NCBI RefSeq assembly: GCF_009914755.1
Contig: NC_060942.1
DNA: 64,000 nucleotides
Reading direction: 5' to 3' (one strand)
From: the human T2T-CHM13v2.0 reference genome, Homo sapiens
The translations under genes and the position numbers were made by a program. Shown here in pieces: positions 13,201 through 30,767 of the stretch (positions are counted from its first letter, which is position 1; each line of letters begins with the position of its first letter). The notes below the pieces were generated by a model. The model saw only the letters and a list, made by a program, of their open reading frames with translations. It made no database searches and had not been told where the DNA came from.

Positions 13201-13907
13201 AGAATAATTCCTATTCTTTCTTGAGCACCAATCATATGCACTGGGGTAAAGCATGGAAGACAAAAGAAATAGAACATAACACTGTGCCACAAAGTCTCAC
13301 ACTTTATAATTCCCTGCCTTTCATCCATACTATACACAGATAAGTTCTTTCCACAACAAGCTAAGTTTCTGATGAGAAGGTATTCTTATCCTTGGAAATG
13401 TACAGGAATATGGAGAAGAAAATATCATTAAGAAACAGGACCCAACAGAGAAAAATTTTTCTTTGAACATCTCTTGTATCATATTATTTCCTTATCCAAG
13501 ACACTAAAATTTCTCCATTGCCCTATGCATTTCTCAAACAGTGTTGCACAGAACATTAGTCCCTCGAAATAATCTTTGAAAACAGTTTTGTGTCTAAATA
13601 TGATTTGCAAACCCAGCATAATGGATCCCTATCTTGGAAACTCAGAAGGCGTGTCAACATAAGGGCTCTGGGAAGCTCTGCCTTAAAGGAAGACGTTTAA
13701 CTTGGTTAACCCACGGTTTCCCAAACTCGTTTGGCCAACTTTGTACTGTGTTAATAGAATACATTTCTTCCCCAAAGTTCACCCCAGCCTGCAAAGGCCT
13801 CCACAGTCTTGCTTCACCTTGTTTCTAACTTTATAGCCCAGAACACCCCTGCAGATCCATTCACCATGTAAGTTAAACTTGCCTAGGTACAGTCTCCTGG
13901 CCATGTC

Positions 13908-14965
<1,058 letters not shown>

Positions 14966-16193
14966 ATGATGCCTTTTGACGCCCCACTTCTGAGGTCATG
15001 GTCCACTACTCCACCCACCTAGAGGCCCTCTTCTTACTCTGTGCATCCTACCAATTCATCAAGACCCAGCTAAAATCCTAGTTTTCTCGGATGATCTGTG
15101 ACATTAGGTCTCCAAGCGCAATTTAAATGACACCGTGGCACAGTTTCTATTTATACTTCCTGCAATTATAGGCTTCTTGGCCTACGTACGTCTTTTCTCT
15201 CCCACCAGACAGTGAGCCCCTTAAGAAGCAGGGTGAGGTCTTACATTTCCTAGTGGCCAGTATTGAGCCTATCAAATAACTGATACTTTATAAACATCTG
15301 CTGATAATGATTTGATGGAGGACCTGAGGTTGGAGCTGAGGAAGGTAAAAATGAGTGAGTGGGCCTTCTGGGTCTCAGACAGGGAAGGAGGAGTAGAAAG
15401 CACACAGCTAAGAAGTGGAGGTAAGCCCCTTCCTCACAGGATTCTCATGCAGTGGACAGAATTCATTAAAATGACGTTTCATAGGATTTTAACACCCCCT
15501 TTTTCTTCACTGTGAATCTGCATTCACCCTCAAGCCCAGACTTGGTGAATATGACAGAGATAGGGACAGTGAACAAATCCTCTTCTCTTACAGCTATCTC
15601 CTCTAACTTTCCTCCAGCACTAGCAGTTCTCTCCTGGAACTCTTGGGGGGTGGGTATGGGGGGGAATAAAGATCTATACTTAGTCCCTCATGCTCTCACA
15701 GAGTCTCCACACCTACTCAAAGCATCAAGAGTTCCTGTGTGAGCCACATCAAGAAAGAAAATCCAGTCCCCAGTGAATCAAGAGAATCACTGAGTCCAAG
15801 GCCACCTGAGTTGTAGTCTCCAAAGACTGAAAACTATTAATGTTAGTTTCTTACACCTTTCATTTCACCCAGCTGTTAGGCAGGTTCAAATTCAAAGTAC
15901 ACTGTGCTAGCCTATGGCTACTTGAACCACATAATTATTTCAATGACTACTGATGAGTCAGAAAAAGCACAACAGACAGTTGACAAGTACTGTTGAATGA
16001 ATGTGTTCTAGTGTCTAAAACTGATAGAGAAGACCCATACAGGAAATACAGCAAAAACTTGTCCTGCATCTAACCAATGGGTCACCCTTCTTTCTTGGCT
16101 CAACAGATTCTGCTGAGGCTTCCAATGTACATCTCAGATCAGTAACAGAAACCCTGAGCTGCTGACAACAGAAGTAATTCAAAATTAGCTCTC

Positions 16194-16519
16194 AGTCGTG
16201 CGTGGTGGCTCACGCCTGTAATCCTAACATTTTGAGAGGCAGAGGCGGGTGGATTACCTGAGGTCAGAAGTTCGAGGCCAGCCTGGCCAACATGGTGAAA
16301 CCCCGTCCCTACTAAAAATACAAATATTAGCCAGGTGTGGTGGCAGGCACCTATAATCCCAGTTACTCAGGAGGCTGAGGCAGGAGAATCACTTGAACCT
16401 GGGGGGCGGAGGTTGCAGTGAGCTGATATCGCAGCACTTCACTCCAGCCTGAGCGAAAGAGCGAAACTCCATCTCAAAAACAAAACAAAACAAAACAAAA
16501 AAACCAAAAAAACAAAAAA
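16194..16519 (+). mobile_element. AluS with (CAAAA)n tail
   Basis: Dimeric Alu. TSD approximately agctctc on both sides. Confidence 0.95.
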
Positions 16520-18580
16520 GCTCTCCCCTGTGGCCACATGTGCTGGTCTTCCTACTTCTAATGCATGTTCATAAGCAAAAATTGCACAAGAACTTCAGCA
16601 AAATTAGGGACCCAGTGGTAAAACAAGTATAAACCTTAAAACCTTAAAGAAAATCCTTAAGGAAGCAATCCCAGTTCAGCTTTAACATCCAAACTCTCTA
16701 CTGACAAATTCATTACCCTAGGGCAAGACAGTATCACACCCATCACCCCAGACTCCCACACGTCCTCTTCCCCATAATGGGTGCAAAGGTCTCAAGCAAG
16801 TGAAATAACCCAATTGTAGGATAACCATGGACTCAGCTTCAGGCACGGCAGAGAAGAACAGAGGAATCTTGTCAAGAGGGTCTACAGGGTGGATAAAGCT
16901 AGAAGACTCCACAGGGTGGAAAGCTAGAAGACTCTCAAGCCTACAGGAGTCCACAAGCAGCTTTGATGAAGAATGGAAACTTCTGACACACCTAAGTGCA
17001 ATGGCCAAGAGAATGGGATGAAAGCATCCAGCCATGACAGGACAAGTCTTAGAGCGCTGTCAGAGCTGTTGGCATGGTATAACATGGTAAGAACCAAGCC
17101 ACATCTACCTTCTCTTTCAGAACCATAAAGAAACCATCTTCTAAAGGAGGAAAGAGTGTCGCTGTTCTCACATGAAGTGCATGTAGACTCAGGTGAATTG
17201 ATTCTTCCAAAGCACAGAATCCGTTCAGTCCCAAGGCCTCCCTCCTCTGTGCCATACCCGCGGCCTCCAACAGAAACTCATGCGCAGGCTGCATACTGTG
17301 CAACATGCTAATGCTCATTCTTCTCTCCACACAATCTTCTGAACCACACACCATTGGGTAAGAGGTACACATCAATGAGTTGCCAAGCTAAGGGACTCCT
17401 AGTTGAGCCCTGATAGCAGGTTAATATAGTGTATGGTCTTTCTTTTGGCATTAGAGAAAAGTGAAAGATTGCAATAATTTTAGCTCCACTCTTTGGAGAA
17501 ATAAAATAGTTACAGATCATTCTGTTTATTAGATTTTTCAGCTCTCCAATCAGTACTTATTTTGAATATATCACTGAGTATCTATAATGAAGCAGACCTT
17601 TTATATACTGATCTCTACAGCCAGCAATAAAGCACTATAAATCTGCAAGGATGCCCATAAAACAGTCTTCCCTCATGGAAATTTTCACTGGGATGAAAAT
17701 GATACCCTGAAATCCACTGAAGCACAGACCACCTAGAATGGGATTCTCCCCCTACAAAAATCACTAACTCCTTTTACTAAATTAATCTAAATAGCTTTCC
17801 TTCTCCAAAAAGACTTTGCTATATGTTGCCAGCTCCAAAAAGTGTTCTCTAGAGGTGACAAGAAAAACTTGGCTGAAAGAATCTAGCATTTTAGCATTAA
17901 CTGAGACCTGCATTTCCCCCAAAACATTGATAAAGCTATCTTTCCCTACTTTATGCTGAAGTTACAGCCCATCACCCAACCCATTTTCTGAAGAAACAGA
18001 TGTGCTATTTTTCAGAGTGAAAAGAATAACAGCAATAAGGAGGAGATCTACTTAAATGCCTAAACAGAGCTCCACTTCCAGGCTAAAAACCCCAAACCAC
18101 TATGCACAGCTGCCAGTTTGAAACTTCAATTTCTGCCCTTACGTGCTTGGCATCTCAAGAAGTTGTCAAAGAGTCCTGGTTTCTTCAAAAGGGAGTCTTC
18201 AGTGAGACTATCTGTAGATCAGGCTGGGGTAAATGAATGGAGATGCTAGCAAATGAATTATATTATACCATAAAGGGAGGAAAAGGGGCCAAAAGGAAGT
18301 CAAAGAGAGATGAAATGCAAGGAATTTATTCCATTGCTCAAAAAAATGAAATAAGTCTAAAGAGCCACTGCTCTCCAAGTCTAGGTTCAAGTTCACAAGA
18401 ATAAGATAAAGGCATGAAGAAATGAGGTAGGCAGTAGAACTTGGGCTGCTTTGTTTCCAAGATGTTTCCTCAGTCCCAATCTCACCACCTCACTGTGAGC
18501 ATCAGTTGCAGAGGAAGGTAAAAACTCCCCTTCCTGCCCACTGACTACTCAGGAGGACTTCTGGGCTGAGGACATTCTCA

Positions 18581-18745
<165 letters not shown>

Positions 18746-18924
18746 TCAGATTCCGACAGCACAGAAGACACCTGGCATTATTAGCTCAAGGCACCCATCC
18801 ATTCATACACATGCCAAAAACCAAAGAATGAGAGGGCAGCAGAACCAGTCTTAACCAATCAATCAGCTCAATCAAGGCTCATCTGTGTGCTTCAGGTCTC
18901 CAAATACCCTACAGCCTGGAATAA

Positions 18925-18975
18925 GCATACACACATACACACACACAAACACACACACACACACACACTCACTCA
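18925..18975. repeat. (CA)n microsatellite, imperfect
   Basis: Read directly; lies about 200 bp upstream of the exon 4 acceptor in the transcript. Confidence 0.9.
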
Positions 18976-19348
18976 CAAATGCTAAAAAAAAAAATTGAGT
19001 TAATAAAATAGACATGTGCAAGGTGTTCCAGGATCAGAGAGAAGAGGATATTAAATTCTACCAGTATATATTAGAGAGACTTAAAAATCCATCTCAGAAC
19101 TAAAATCTGGGAAAGGATTATACATTTTCTCATTTGTATATTGGTTATCTTAACTAAAATACAAATAACATGCGGACAGAGAATACAATTTACATATCTT
19201 GAGATCTAATCTTGGCTCAGCCAACTATGTCATTTTTGGCAATTACTTCTCAGTACTTCAGTTTCCTCAACTGTGACATAAAATGGAGATAACAACTGCA
19301 TTTATCTGGGACATCCTAAGGAAAAATGATGAATTGTGCGAGGGAAAA

Positions 19349-19632
19349 TGCCAGGCACGGTGGCTCATGCCTGTAATCCCAGCACTTTGGGATGCTGAGG
19401 CAGGAGAATCGCTTAAGGCCAGGAGTTTGAGACCAGCCTGGTTAACACAGTGAGACCTCTTCTCTACAAAAAAAGTATTAGCTGGGCATGGTGGCATGGA
19501 CCTGTAGTCCCAGCTGCTCGAGGAGTCTGAGAGGAATGCTTGAGCCCAAGAGTTCAAGGCTGCAGTGAGCTATGATGGCACCACTGTACTCCAGCCTGGG
19601 CGACAGAGTGAGGCCCTGTCTTAAAAAAAAAA
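19349..19632 (+). mobile_element. AluJ inside a MIR (about 19200-19690)
   Basis: J-type right arm gcttgagcccaagagttcaaggctgcagtgagctatg. MIR core cagtttcctcaactgtg lies on the left. Confidence 0.92.
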
Positions 19633-20988
19633 GAGAACACTTAAGACCAGTGCCTTGTATAGTAAGCACTGCATGTTTGCTATTTTTTATTACACCACAT
19701 CTCAACTTTTTTCCCTTACACCTTGTGTCCCCTAAAGAATGGATTGCAGTGATGGACTCAGTAAATACATGTTGATTGAGCAACCAGGAAATGCTATAAA
19801 GTTCAGATAATCTTTTATGGATGATGTGAGGCAGGTTGATATTTGAGCCTGTAGAAGGAAAAAATTGTGAATTTGATCTTTCAGACAAACAGAGATATGC
19901 CTTTTTCTTTCCCATAAGGTCACATTCTGGATGTCAGAAGACCCACTGACTGAGGTACAAAAACCAGAAGCCTTTCCAGTCACTTGGGAAGGAGAAGGCA
20001 ATGAAAGGGCGACTGCTAAGATGGGAAGTCTCCGACATTGTGTTCCCTTCTGGTGTCTGAAAAGAGACACTGGGAACGCGAAGTGTAATAAACCAGATTA
20101 TTCCACATAAAGGGGAAAGGGCCAGGGGGTAAAAAAGACACTCAAGTCCTCTTGAAAGAAGTTTGCCTGAAAAGACCAAAATATAAGGCCCAGAACCCTA
20201 ACAAATTCCACTAATGCAGCTAATCACTTGGAGAATCCTCTTAGGAACAGCCTCACATGTTCTGCTTGTTATTAGAGTTCTATAAGATTCTAATTCACGT
20301 AGCACGCAATTCACATTTCCGTATCATACTCCGAGGTCACGTGTTTTCCTTAAACATCCTGGCCCCTCCAGAGCAGCATCTAGTGCTTCCTGGATGACTC
20401 AGACTTCTGTGCCATTCAGTCACTCTGAACAGCTTGAACTGGAGGAGTCAAGATGCATTTGGATAAATATGTACAGACACTGGGACATCTTAGAGGGTAT
20501 TCCTTTAAAAACAGAACCTGATGGTCACTTATCTTTTTCTCCTAAAATAGGAGTCAAATTTTAAAAGTCTCCTTTTTGAAGTAAATATCTTATTAAAGGC
20601 TCTGATAATTGACAGTTTGTTTCAAATAAAACTCCCACCAGCAGTTGGAGTGAAGGAGCTTTTGGGAAATCGCAGCTCTCAAGCACTGGAATCAACTTGC
20701 TATCGACAGCTCCTGAAATCTGGAAGAAAAACTCACCCTAACTTAGCAGCTAAAACTATCAATTCCAAACCAAAGTGGAATATAAAAGTGAAAAACCCCT
20801 GAGTGCCTGAGGTGTCACTTATGACAATGAGCAAGACCACAGGGCACATGCGAGGCGTTCCCTCCCGGGACAAGACCACAAAGGAGCGACTCCCACAAAG
20901 GAGCCCAGCAGCCGGAATCCCCAACCAGATCCTCAATTTGCCTCTCAAACAACGGTTTATAGGGTTCTATTTTTGCTTTGCCACTTAG

Positions 20989-21374
<386 letters not shown>

Positions 21375-21769
21375 TTAAGAAAATCAAATATAATTTCATG
21401 ACTTTTAAAATATGTTATGAATTTTGCTCACTATTTTGACAAATACTCATTGGGTATTATGTCAGTACAAACAGAGGCAAGTGAGAAGATCACAGAAAAG
21501 CAGGCTTTTCAAGCAGAAAATAAAACAAGGCAAAACAAAACAAGGGTTCGGTGCTGAGAGCAGGCGCCCAGCTCAGACACGATGCTGTACTTACTCCTCT
21601 CCCAGGACTCCAAGGACTGAGCTAAGCCAGTCGCACCACATGGTGTGACCCATTTCTTCCCTGGTTGATCCATGATTAACACCAATCATCCCACAGAGAC
21701 TGGGGCAGCCTAATTAAGCCACATTCACTGATTGCAAACCTTTCAAGGGTCTCAGTGGAGAGATACTTA

Positions 21770-22045
<276 letters not shown>

Positions 22046-23149
22046 CTAAAGACATGCAAGTAGCAGACACAAAAAGGTGGTTATGAAGCGTTAAGTCTGT
22101 ATTCAATGTCCTGTCTTCTTAGCTGGAATCACCATCTTAACATGATAGTAAGTAATGAAGATAATGTTTTAAAGAAAGACAAGCTGAACAAAATACCTGT
22201 GTTGCCATGAGAGACCAGTCCAGATGGAAAATTTGCTGATAACATAACCCACAGAGCTCAGGAAACATAACCAGGTCTAAGAGAGTGTTCTATTGCTTCT
22301 TAAGGGAAAAATACTGAGTCTTTAATTTCAGTTGCAATTGGAATGCTGTTCTTTCTTCCATCTAGAAAAACTTCCTTGATTGGCCCCATTTATTGCTGGT
22401 ACTTCATACACTCTCCCCCATTAACCAACACACTCCATTTTTATCTGGATCATCTTGTATCTGATGAACTGCCCTCTATAAGCGGCCTCAAGTTGAACCA
22501 TTTGTGCATATATTTCTCCCCAACTAACTGCACGTTCTTCTAGGGCAGTAATTTTGCTTTCACCTAAAATATATTAGGAGTTTGAGATATATGTGCATAA
22601 CCAGGGAGTAGGATTACACATTTTAAGGTCAAATCTCAGATGCGAGGTGTTATCCTTGTATTCTTAGCACTTGGACAACATTAAGCACCCAAAAATGTTC
22701 ATTGACAGGATACATTTGTAACCCTCGGTACATGTATGCACACATGTACATCTAACACAGGTAGTTTATAAGAAGGTAGTGGGGATGTTTTTAAACATTT
22801 AAACAGGAGGAACTTGGCTGCTGCTCACCATGTATTATCTGAGTGCTAAGATTCTTATGGTGTTCTTAAAAATCTTCTGAGACGCTTATAAAGTTTCCTG
22901 AGCCCAACCTACTTATCAGGAATTCTGAGGCAGGATTCAGGCAACTGAAATTTAAAATACATTCCCAAGTAATTCTGATACAGGTGGCTTTTAGATCATA
23001 TTTTAAGAATTTCTGTTTTACATAAAACTTTTAGGAAATTCTATGGACACAGACTCAATTTACTGGGGTAATAGTCAATTTTCAAGATAATATAAATATC
23101 AATGTTCCTCTCACCCCATCTTTAGAGGGACTCGGTTATCAAATGTTAA

Positions 23150-24100
23150 GGTATATTAACAAACCCAGCAATGAAAGGGCTAAGATAGGCAGATAAATCA
23201 AGTGTAGTAGATACAGAAAGAAACACTAGCACATACAGAAAAATTGTATGTTATAATGTTAAATTGCAAATAAAAGGTTAAAAGGATCTTTTCAAGTAGT
23301 ATTGGTAAGTAAATTAGCTAGCCATTTAGGGAAAAAAAAATTAGACCAGTATTCTTATTCTTATTCTCTCTTACCAAAATAAGTTTAGATAGAACAAACA
23401 TTAAAAAAAAATTTTTTTAACTGGGCAAGTATTTGTGTAAGTTTTGGAAGTAAGAACTTTTGAAGAATTATGCAAAAGCCAAAACCATGTAGGAAAATAT
23501 TTATAAATTTGACTATAATTTAAAACTTTAAACCTATCATAAAACCTACCATTTGCAAAGTCAAATGGGAAAAGGGAAAAGGAGACAGCGATTCTTCATC
23601 ATACAATGGAATTCCTAATCTTAATATACAAAGAGTTATAAGAAATTAAAAAGAAAACCAACACCCCAACAGAAAATCATACCTAGAATACAAATCACAA
23701 AATAGCACATGAACAGATGAAAAACTATTCAACTTCATCAGTAACCAAAGAGATTCAAGTAAAAGATTATCAGCACTATTATCAGACTGACAAGACCCTA
23801 ACAAGGAAGAGGGCAGACAAACAGTTACACCACTTGTGGGGACAGATTGGTTTATCTCTGGAGGGCAGCAGGCAATACCTAAATCAGAATTTTTCATTGA
23901 TGAACTCTTCCTTCCTTGATCTCATGAAATAATTTCACAAATGAGCCAAGATATGGACTCATTGAAGCTATAGATAGTGAAAGAAAAACTACAGGGACAG
24001 TCAGGCAGCTACCTACAGCATTCTTCTGAATTAAAAAAAAAAGTATCCTATAGGAATAAAGTTTGTAAGAGAATTCCCTTTATTTAAAACTGTTTTAAAG
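23150..24100 (+). mobile_element. Old L1 (L1ME-like) ORF2 3' remnant
   Basis: A-rich degenerate L1: aattagctagccattt...aatatacaaagagtt...ttcaacttcatcagtaaccaaagagattcaagt. Confidence 0.6.
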
Positions 24101-24715
24101 GCTAGATGGATGACCGTGCAAAATATCATTGGTTATCTTTGTTAGTGGGATTTCCTTTAGACAGTTTCCTGTTTTTTTCTTTATATTAATGAAGCCTCTT
24201 TTTTTGTGAAAAGCTTTTTTATTTATATTAAACTTTGTCTATACAGGAAACCAGTGAACAATTAACTATCATGTAGACGATGCAGAAAAATTTCCAAAAG
24301 GTGGGAACAGGGGGAAATGGCGAATGTCCGAGGGCTGATTTTTATTTCATTCAATTCCAGAGTTGCAGGCTTCTTCATCCACTGTTACTGGTATTAGCAG
24401 GATTCTTAGCAGGATTCTAATCAGACCTCCCTCCCCACAAAGCATCCCAACCACACCTCGGAGGAGATGTCCCCGGACCTGAGAGAGCACAGCTGCCCTC
24501 CTCTCCCGGGCTCTGCACCCAGCTCAGAAGGCAGCACAGGGACCGCCAGGTGCAGAGCCACAGAGCTCATGTCTTTCAGATTAGAAAGCCAGGACCTGAG
24601 TACTCCTCTTTCAGATTAGAAAGCCAGGACCTGAGCCCAACGGCTTCAACTCCTGAGGCAGAAATGCTGGCCTCCTCTAGATTCTCAGATGAATCTCTTC
24701 AACTCTTCCCCCCAA

Positions 24716-25785
24716 GGATGTAAACTAATACAACCACTATGGAAAATAGTGTGTAGATTCCTTAAAGAACTAAAAGTAGAACTACCATTTGATCTAGCAA
24801 ACCCACTATTGTGTATCTACCCAGAGGAAAAGAAGTCATTACATGAAAAAGATACTTGCTCATGCACGTTTATAGCAGCACAATTCACAATTCCAAAATT
24901 TGGAACCAACCCAAATGCCCATCAATGAGTGGATAAAGAAATTGTGGTGTGTGTGTATATATACACAAATATATATATACATAAATATTCATATATTTAT
25001 AAATATATTTATATTATATATTATATATAATATATAATATAAATATATAAAATATATATTTTATATATTTATATTATATATAATATAAATATATTATATA
25101 ATATATAATATATTAAATATATTTAAATATATTAAATATTAAATATTAAATATATTTAAATATATTAAATATTAAATATTTAAATATATTTGTATATATT
25201 TACATATATAAATATATTTTTATATATAAATATAAATATATTTATAAGTATATAAATATATTTTATATATAAATATAAATGTATTTATAAGTATATATAT
25301 TTTTATATAAAAATATATTTATAAGTATATAAATATATAAATATATATAAATATATAAATATATTAAATATATTTATAAATATGTAAATATATAAAATAT
25401 ATTTATAAATATATATAAATATATATTTATATATAAAGTGGAATTATTACTCAGCCATAAAAAGGAATGAATGGCATTAGCAGCAATCTGGATGGGACTG
25501 GAGATTCTAAGTAACTCAGGAATAGAAAACCAAACATTGTATGTTCTCACTCATAAGCAGGAGCTAAGCTATGAGGATGCAAAGGCATAAAAATGATACA
25601 ATGGACTTTGGGGACTTAGGGGAAAAGGAGTGAGGGATAAAAGACTACAAATTGGGTTCAGTGTACACTGCTTGGGAGATGGGTGCACCAAAATCTCAGA
25701 AATCAGCACTAAAGAACTTACTCATCTAACCAAATACCACCTATTCCCCAAAAACCTATGGCAATAAAAAATTTTTTTAAAAAAA
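24716..25785 (+). mobile_element. L1PB 3' fragment split by an AT-rich expansion
   Basis: aaagtagaactaccatttgatctagcaa...acccagaggaaaagaagtcatt and 3'UTR gggataaaagactacaaattggg...aaaaacctatggcaataaaaa. Confidence 0.9.
24956..25437. repeat. ~480-bp (TA)-rich degenerate simple repeat
   Basis: Almost exclusively A/T, built from atat/aaatat/tttata units. Confidence 0.97.
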
Positions 25786-26459
25786 GCACGTGGAGGCAAA
25801 CACACATGCAGTTTTGTGAAAACTGCAGCTGCAAATAAACAAGTGGTATTGGTTTCAGTAAAACTGATAAGGAGTAAAAATGCCCAGAGCAGCAGAAAAG
25901 AGGTGGGGGCTGCAAGCTCAGCAGCCAAAGGTGCAGATTCTTGGATGTGTGGACATCCAGAGGGAAGGCAGGAGTGAGAGACTTGAGAACAGATTTTTTT
26001 TCTGTAACAGGAATTTGATTCTAATATTGCTGCTAGTGTCTGGCATTTACAGCTAATATGGTTTTATTTGACATCTAAGTGTTTATGACTTAGTGATCGC
26101 AGCCATGAACTTTCTGGCACAAAAGATTCCATCCACTCCATAATAACTGGGCCTTTAGAGGTGAAAAGGAGGCTAAATGTTAACAATTCTCACAAAATTA
26201 ATACTTAGTCACCACTCAGAGTGGACCTTGCCTCCTTTCTGCAACTAGGAGCTGGGAATCAGGAACAGATGGAGGTCCCCAGTTGGTCCCTGCCTGACAA
26301 GCAGGACTAGATGAGTGAGAGTGGCAGGAGGCCTAGAGTAGGAACTGGTCTATACCTGAGCTCTCCAGCAGGGTAGCCCCGAGCCCCATGTGGCTATTTC
26401 AGTGAAATTAATAAAATTAAATTCAACTGAAACCTCAGTTTCTCAGTCACACTAGCCAC

Positions 26460-27446
26460 TGTTAATACAAAGTGACTGAGGTAGGTCTCGATTAACAGAG
26501 GTTTGTCTACACAAGGCTGAGGATGCCGGCAGGGAAAAATATAAGATGCAGGAGATCTGCAGCCTATGCTTTGTCCAGGGGGGTTTGGGAGCTTCAGTAT
26601 TTAAAGGGGAAAGAGCAAGTAGGAGGGGGGAAAAAGGAGGGAGAGGGAGGGTAGGCAGTGAGACAAATGGTTACATTCTTGTGAGGCTCTGATTAGCCTC
26701 AGTAAATCCATATTTTACATGTGAAAAGAGGGAGAAAATGAAAAAGTCCATTGTGCATTTGTCTCAGAGTAGGCAGAGGGATGATTTCTGTTCTTGTCCT
26801 TGTGCTGTACCTGTGAAGATAGGCTGGTAATTGACATTGTCACGGTTAAGAGTCAACAGAACTCAGTTTTGTATGCCTAGTTTATAGGAGTGACATGTAC
26901 CCTGGAATATTTAGGGACTCAAGAAATTTCGTTGTAAGCAATTTGTGAGGAAAGCCACCTGGGGAGATAATGTGGTTTTCTATCACTGTGGGAACATGGC
27001 TTACAGATGAGGCTATGACACAGGGCTGCAAAATTACAGCTGTTTGCAAACAGAAGGAAAGTAGTATTGCGTGACTCAGTTCCCAAGCTTAAATTTCCCT
27101 TTGGCACAGTGAGTTTGGAGTCCTGAGAGTTTTTCTTTTTGAGACAGAGTCTTGCTCTACTGCCCAGCCTGGAGTGCAATGAGGCAATCTTGACTAACTG
27201 CAATCTCCGCCTCCTGAGCTCAAGTGATCCTCCTGCCTCGGCCTCCCAAGTAGCTCGGACTACAGTTATGTGCCACCACACTTGGCTAATTTTTGTATTT
27301 TTGGTAGAGACAGGGTTTCACCATGTTGCCCAGGCTGGCCTAGAACTGCCCAGGTGATCCACCTACCTCAGCCTCCCAAAGTGTGAGATTACAGGTGTGA
27401 GCCGCCACGATCCTGGCCTCCAAGAGTTAATATATTTTCTTTCACA
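26460..27446 (-). mobile_element. ERV1 MER4-group solo LTR interrupted by an Alu
   Basis: TG...CA ends. Minus strand starts tgtgaaagaaaata...caaactcactgtgccaaagggaaa. 4-bp TSD ccac/tcac. Confidence 0.8.
27130..27418 (-). mobile_element. AluS/J inside the LTR
   Basis: tttttgagacagagtcttgctct...cctggcc. Confidence 0.93.
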
Positions 27447-27943
27447 TCACATTTTAAGGGTCCAATAACTACATGTAGCTAATGACTGACACATTAGACA
27501 ACTGAGATACAGAACATTCCACCACAGCCAATGTTCTATTGGTAGCGCTGGCCTAGACTGTTCTAAGCCCTGTGGGCCTATGATCCTATACTACTTAGTA
27601 GGTGCTCAAAAAATATTAGTTGAGTGAAATGTCTGATTCACTGATAACTTCTCCCATACCTCAATCTATGTCTGTGTTACATAGTACAACAGCAAGATGG
27701 TATAATCATAAAAACATGTTTGAATGACACTCCCAAAGATTTGGAACTAATAATAATCATACAGTGGACAGAAGAGGAGAAAGAATTGGCTTTTATTATC
27801 TACCCATGGAACCAGAAGATCTAGAAAAAAAGATATGCTAGTAAAAACAGGGTTACCAGCTGGCAAGAAGTTGGTGTTGACCCAGAGGTGGAAATCGCAC
27901 CGAATAGGAGTCAACCCCTGTATTCAACTCCTGGTCCATCAAA

Positions 27944-28110
27944 GCAGTGGCTCTCAACCCTCCCTGCACACTGGAATCCCTGGGAGAGCTTTTAAGAAAG
28001 ATAACCTACATCCCATCCCAAGATTGTTTAATTAGTCTGCCTGAAACCTAGGCTTTGCCTTTTAAGTTCTCCAGGGGTTTGTAATGCACAGCCAAAGTTG
28101 AGAAAAACTG
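27944..28110 (+). mobile_element. MER5-type hAT MITE
   Basis: cagtggctctcaacc...ggaatccctgggagagcttt...cacagccaaagttgagaa. Confidence 0.65.
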
Positions 28111-28444
28111 AACCCAAGTTCTGTAAGGCCTTGAGCCCATCACTTGACTTCCAGGAAACTCAGTTTCCCTAATTGTAAGATGGGAAGCCTAGTTTCAGCA
28201 ATCTTCAAGGGTCATTCCAACTTCATTGGCTGAAGGTTTTTAACTTAGGTCCATGGATGCAGGGGTTTTCTCATTTGTCAAATTACAACAGCTATCCTAG
28301 AAGAAAAACAATGTTAAGGAAACTCTATTCCCAGGTAAGAGGAGGCCTCAAAGCTTAAGTCCACTTACCCTCACTACAGTAGCAAGCATGTGGCTCTAGG
28401 TTCATTTAATATGCATTAAAAGGTTGTTTTGTGCTATGTCCTAG

Positions 28445-29842
<1,398 letters not shown>

Positions 29843-30044
29843 AAAAAAACACAAACATTTAATGACTGTTCTGCTGTGTCTCATTCTCTAACAGTCCCGT
29901 GTTTAAGTTTTATCACCATCTTCTCCAATCCCCAGAAAGCTTATTCTCCTTAAAGAGAACCTTCTTATTCTTCCTCTTGCACCATGAAGCACAGCACAGG
30001 CACTCAATTACTTGAAAAATAAAATACTCTGATTTATGTAACCT

Positions 30045-30767
<723 letters not shown>

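Larger units (their letters stand above)
26357..27550 (-). mobile_element. MER3-like hAT-Charlie MITE split by an LTR (halves about 26357-26459 and 27447-27550)
   Basis: catgtggctattt...ctcagtcacactagccac | tcacatttt...gttctattggtagcgctg. Confidence 0.75.
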
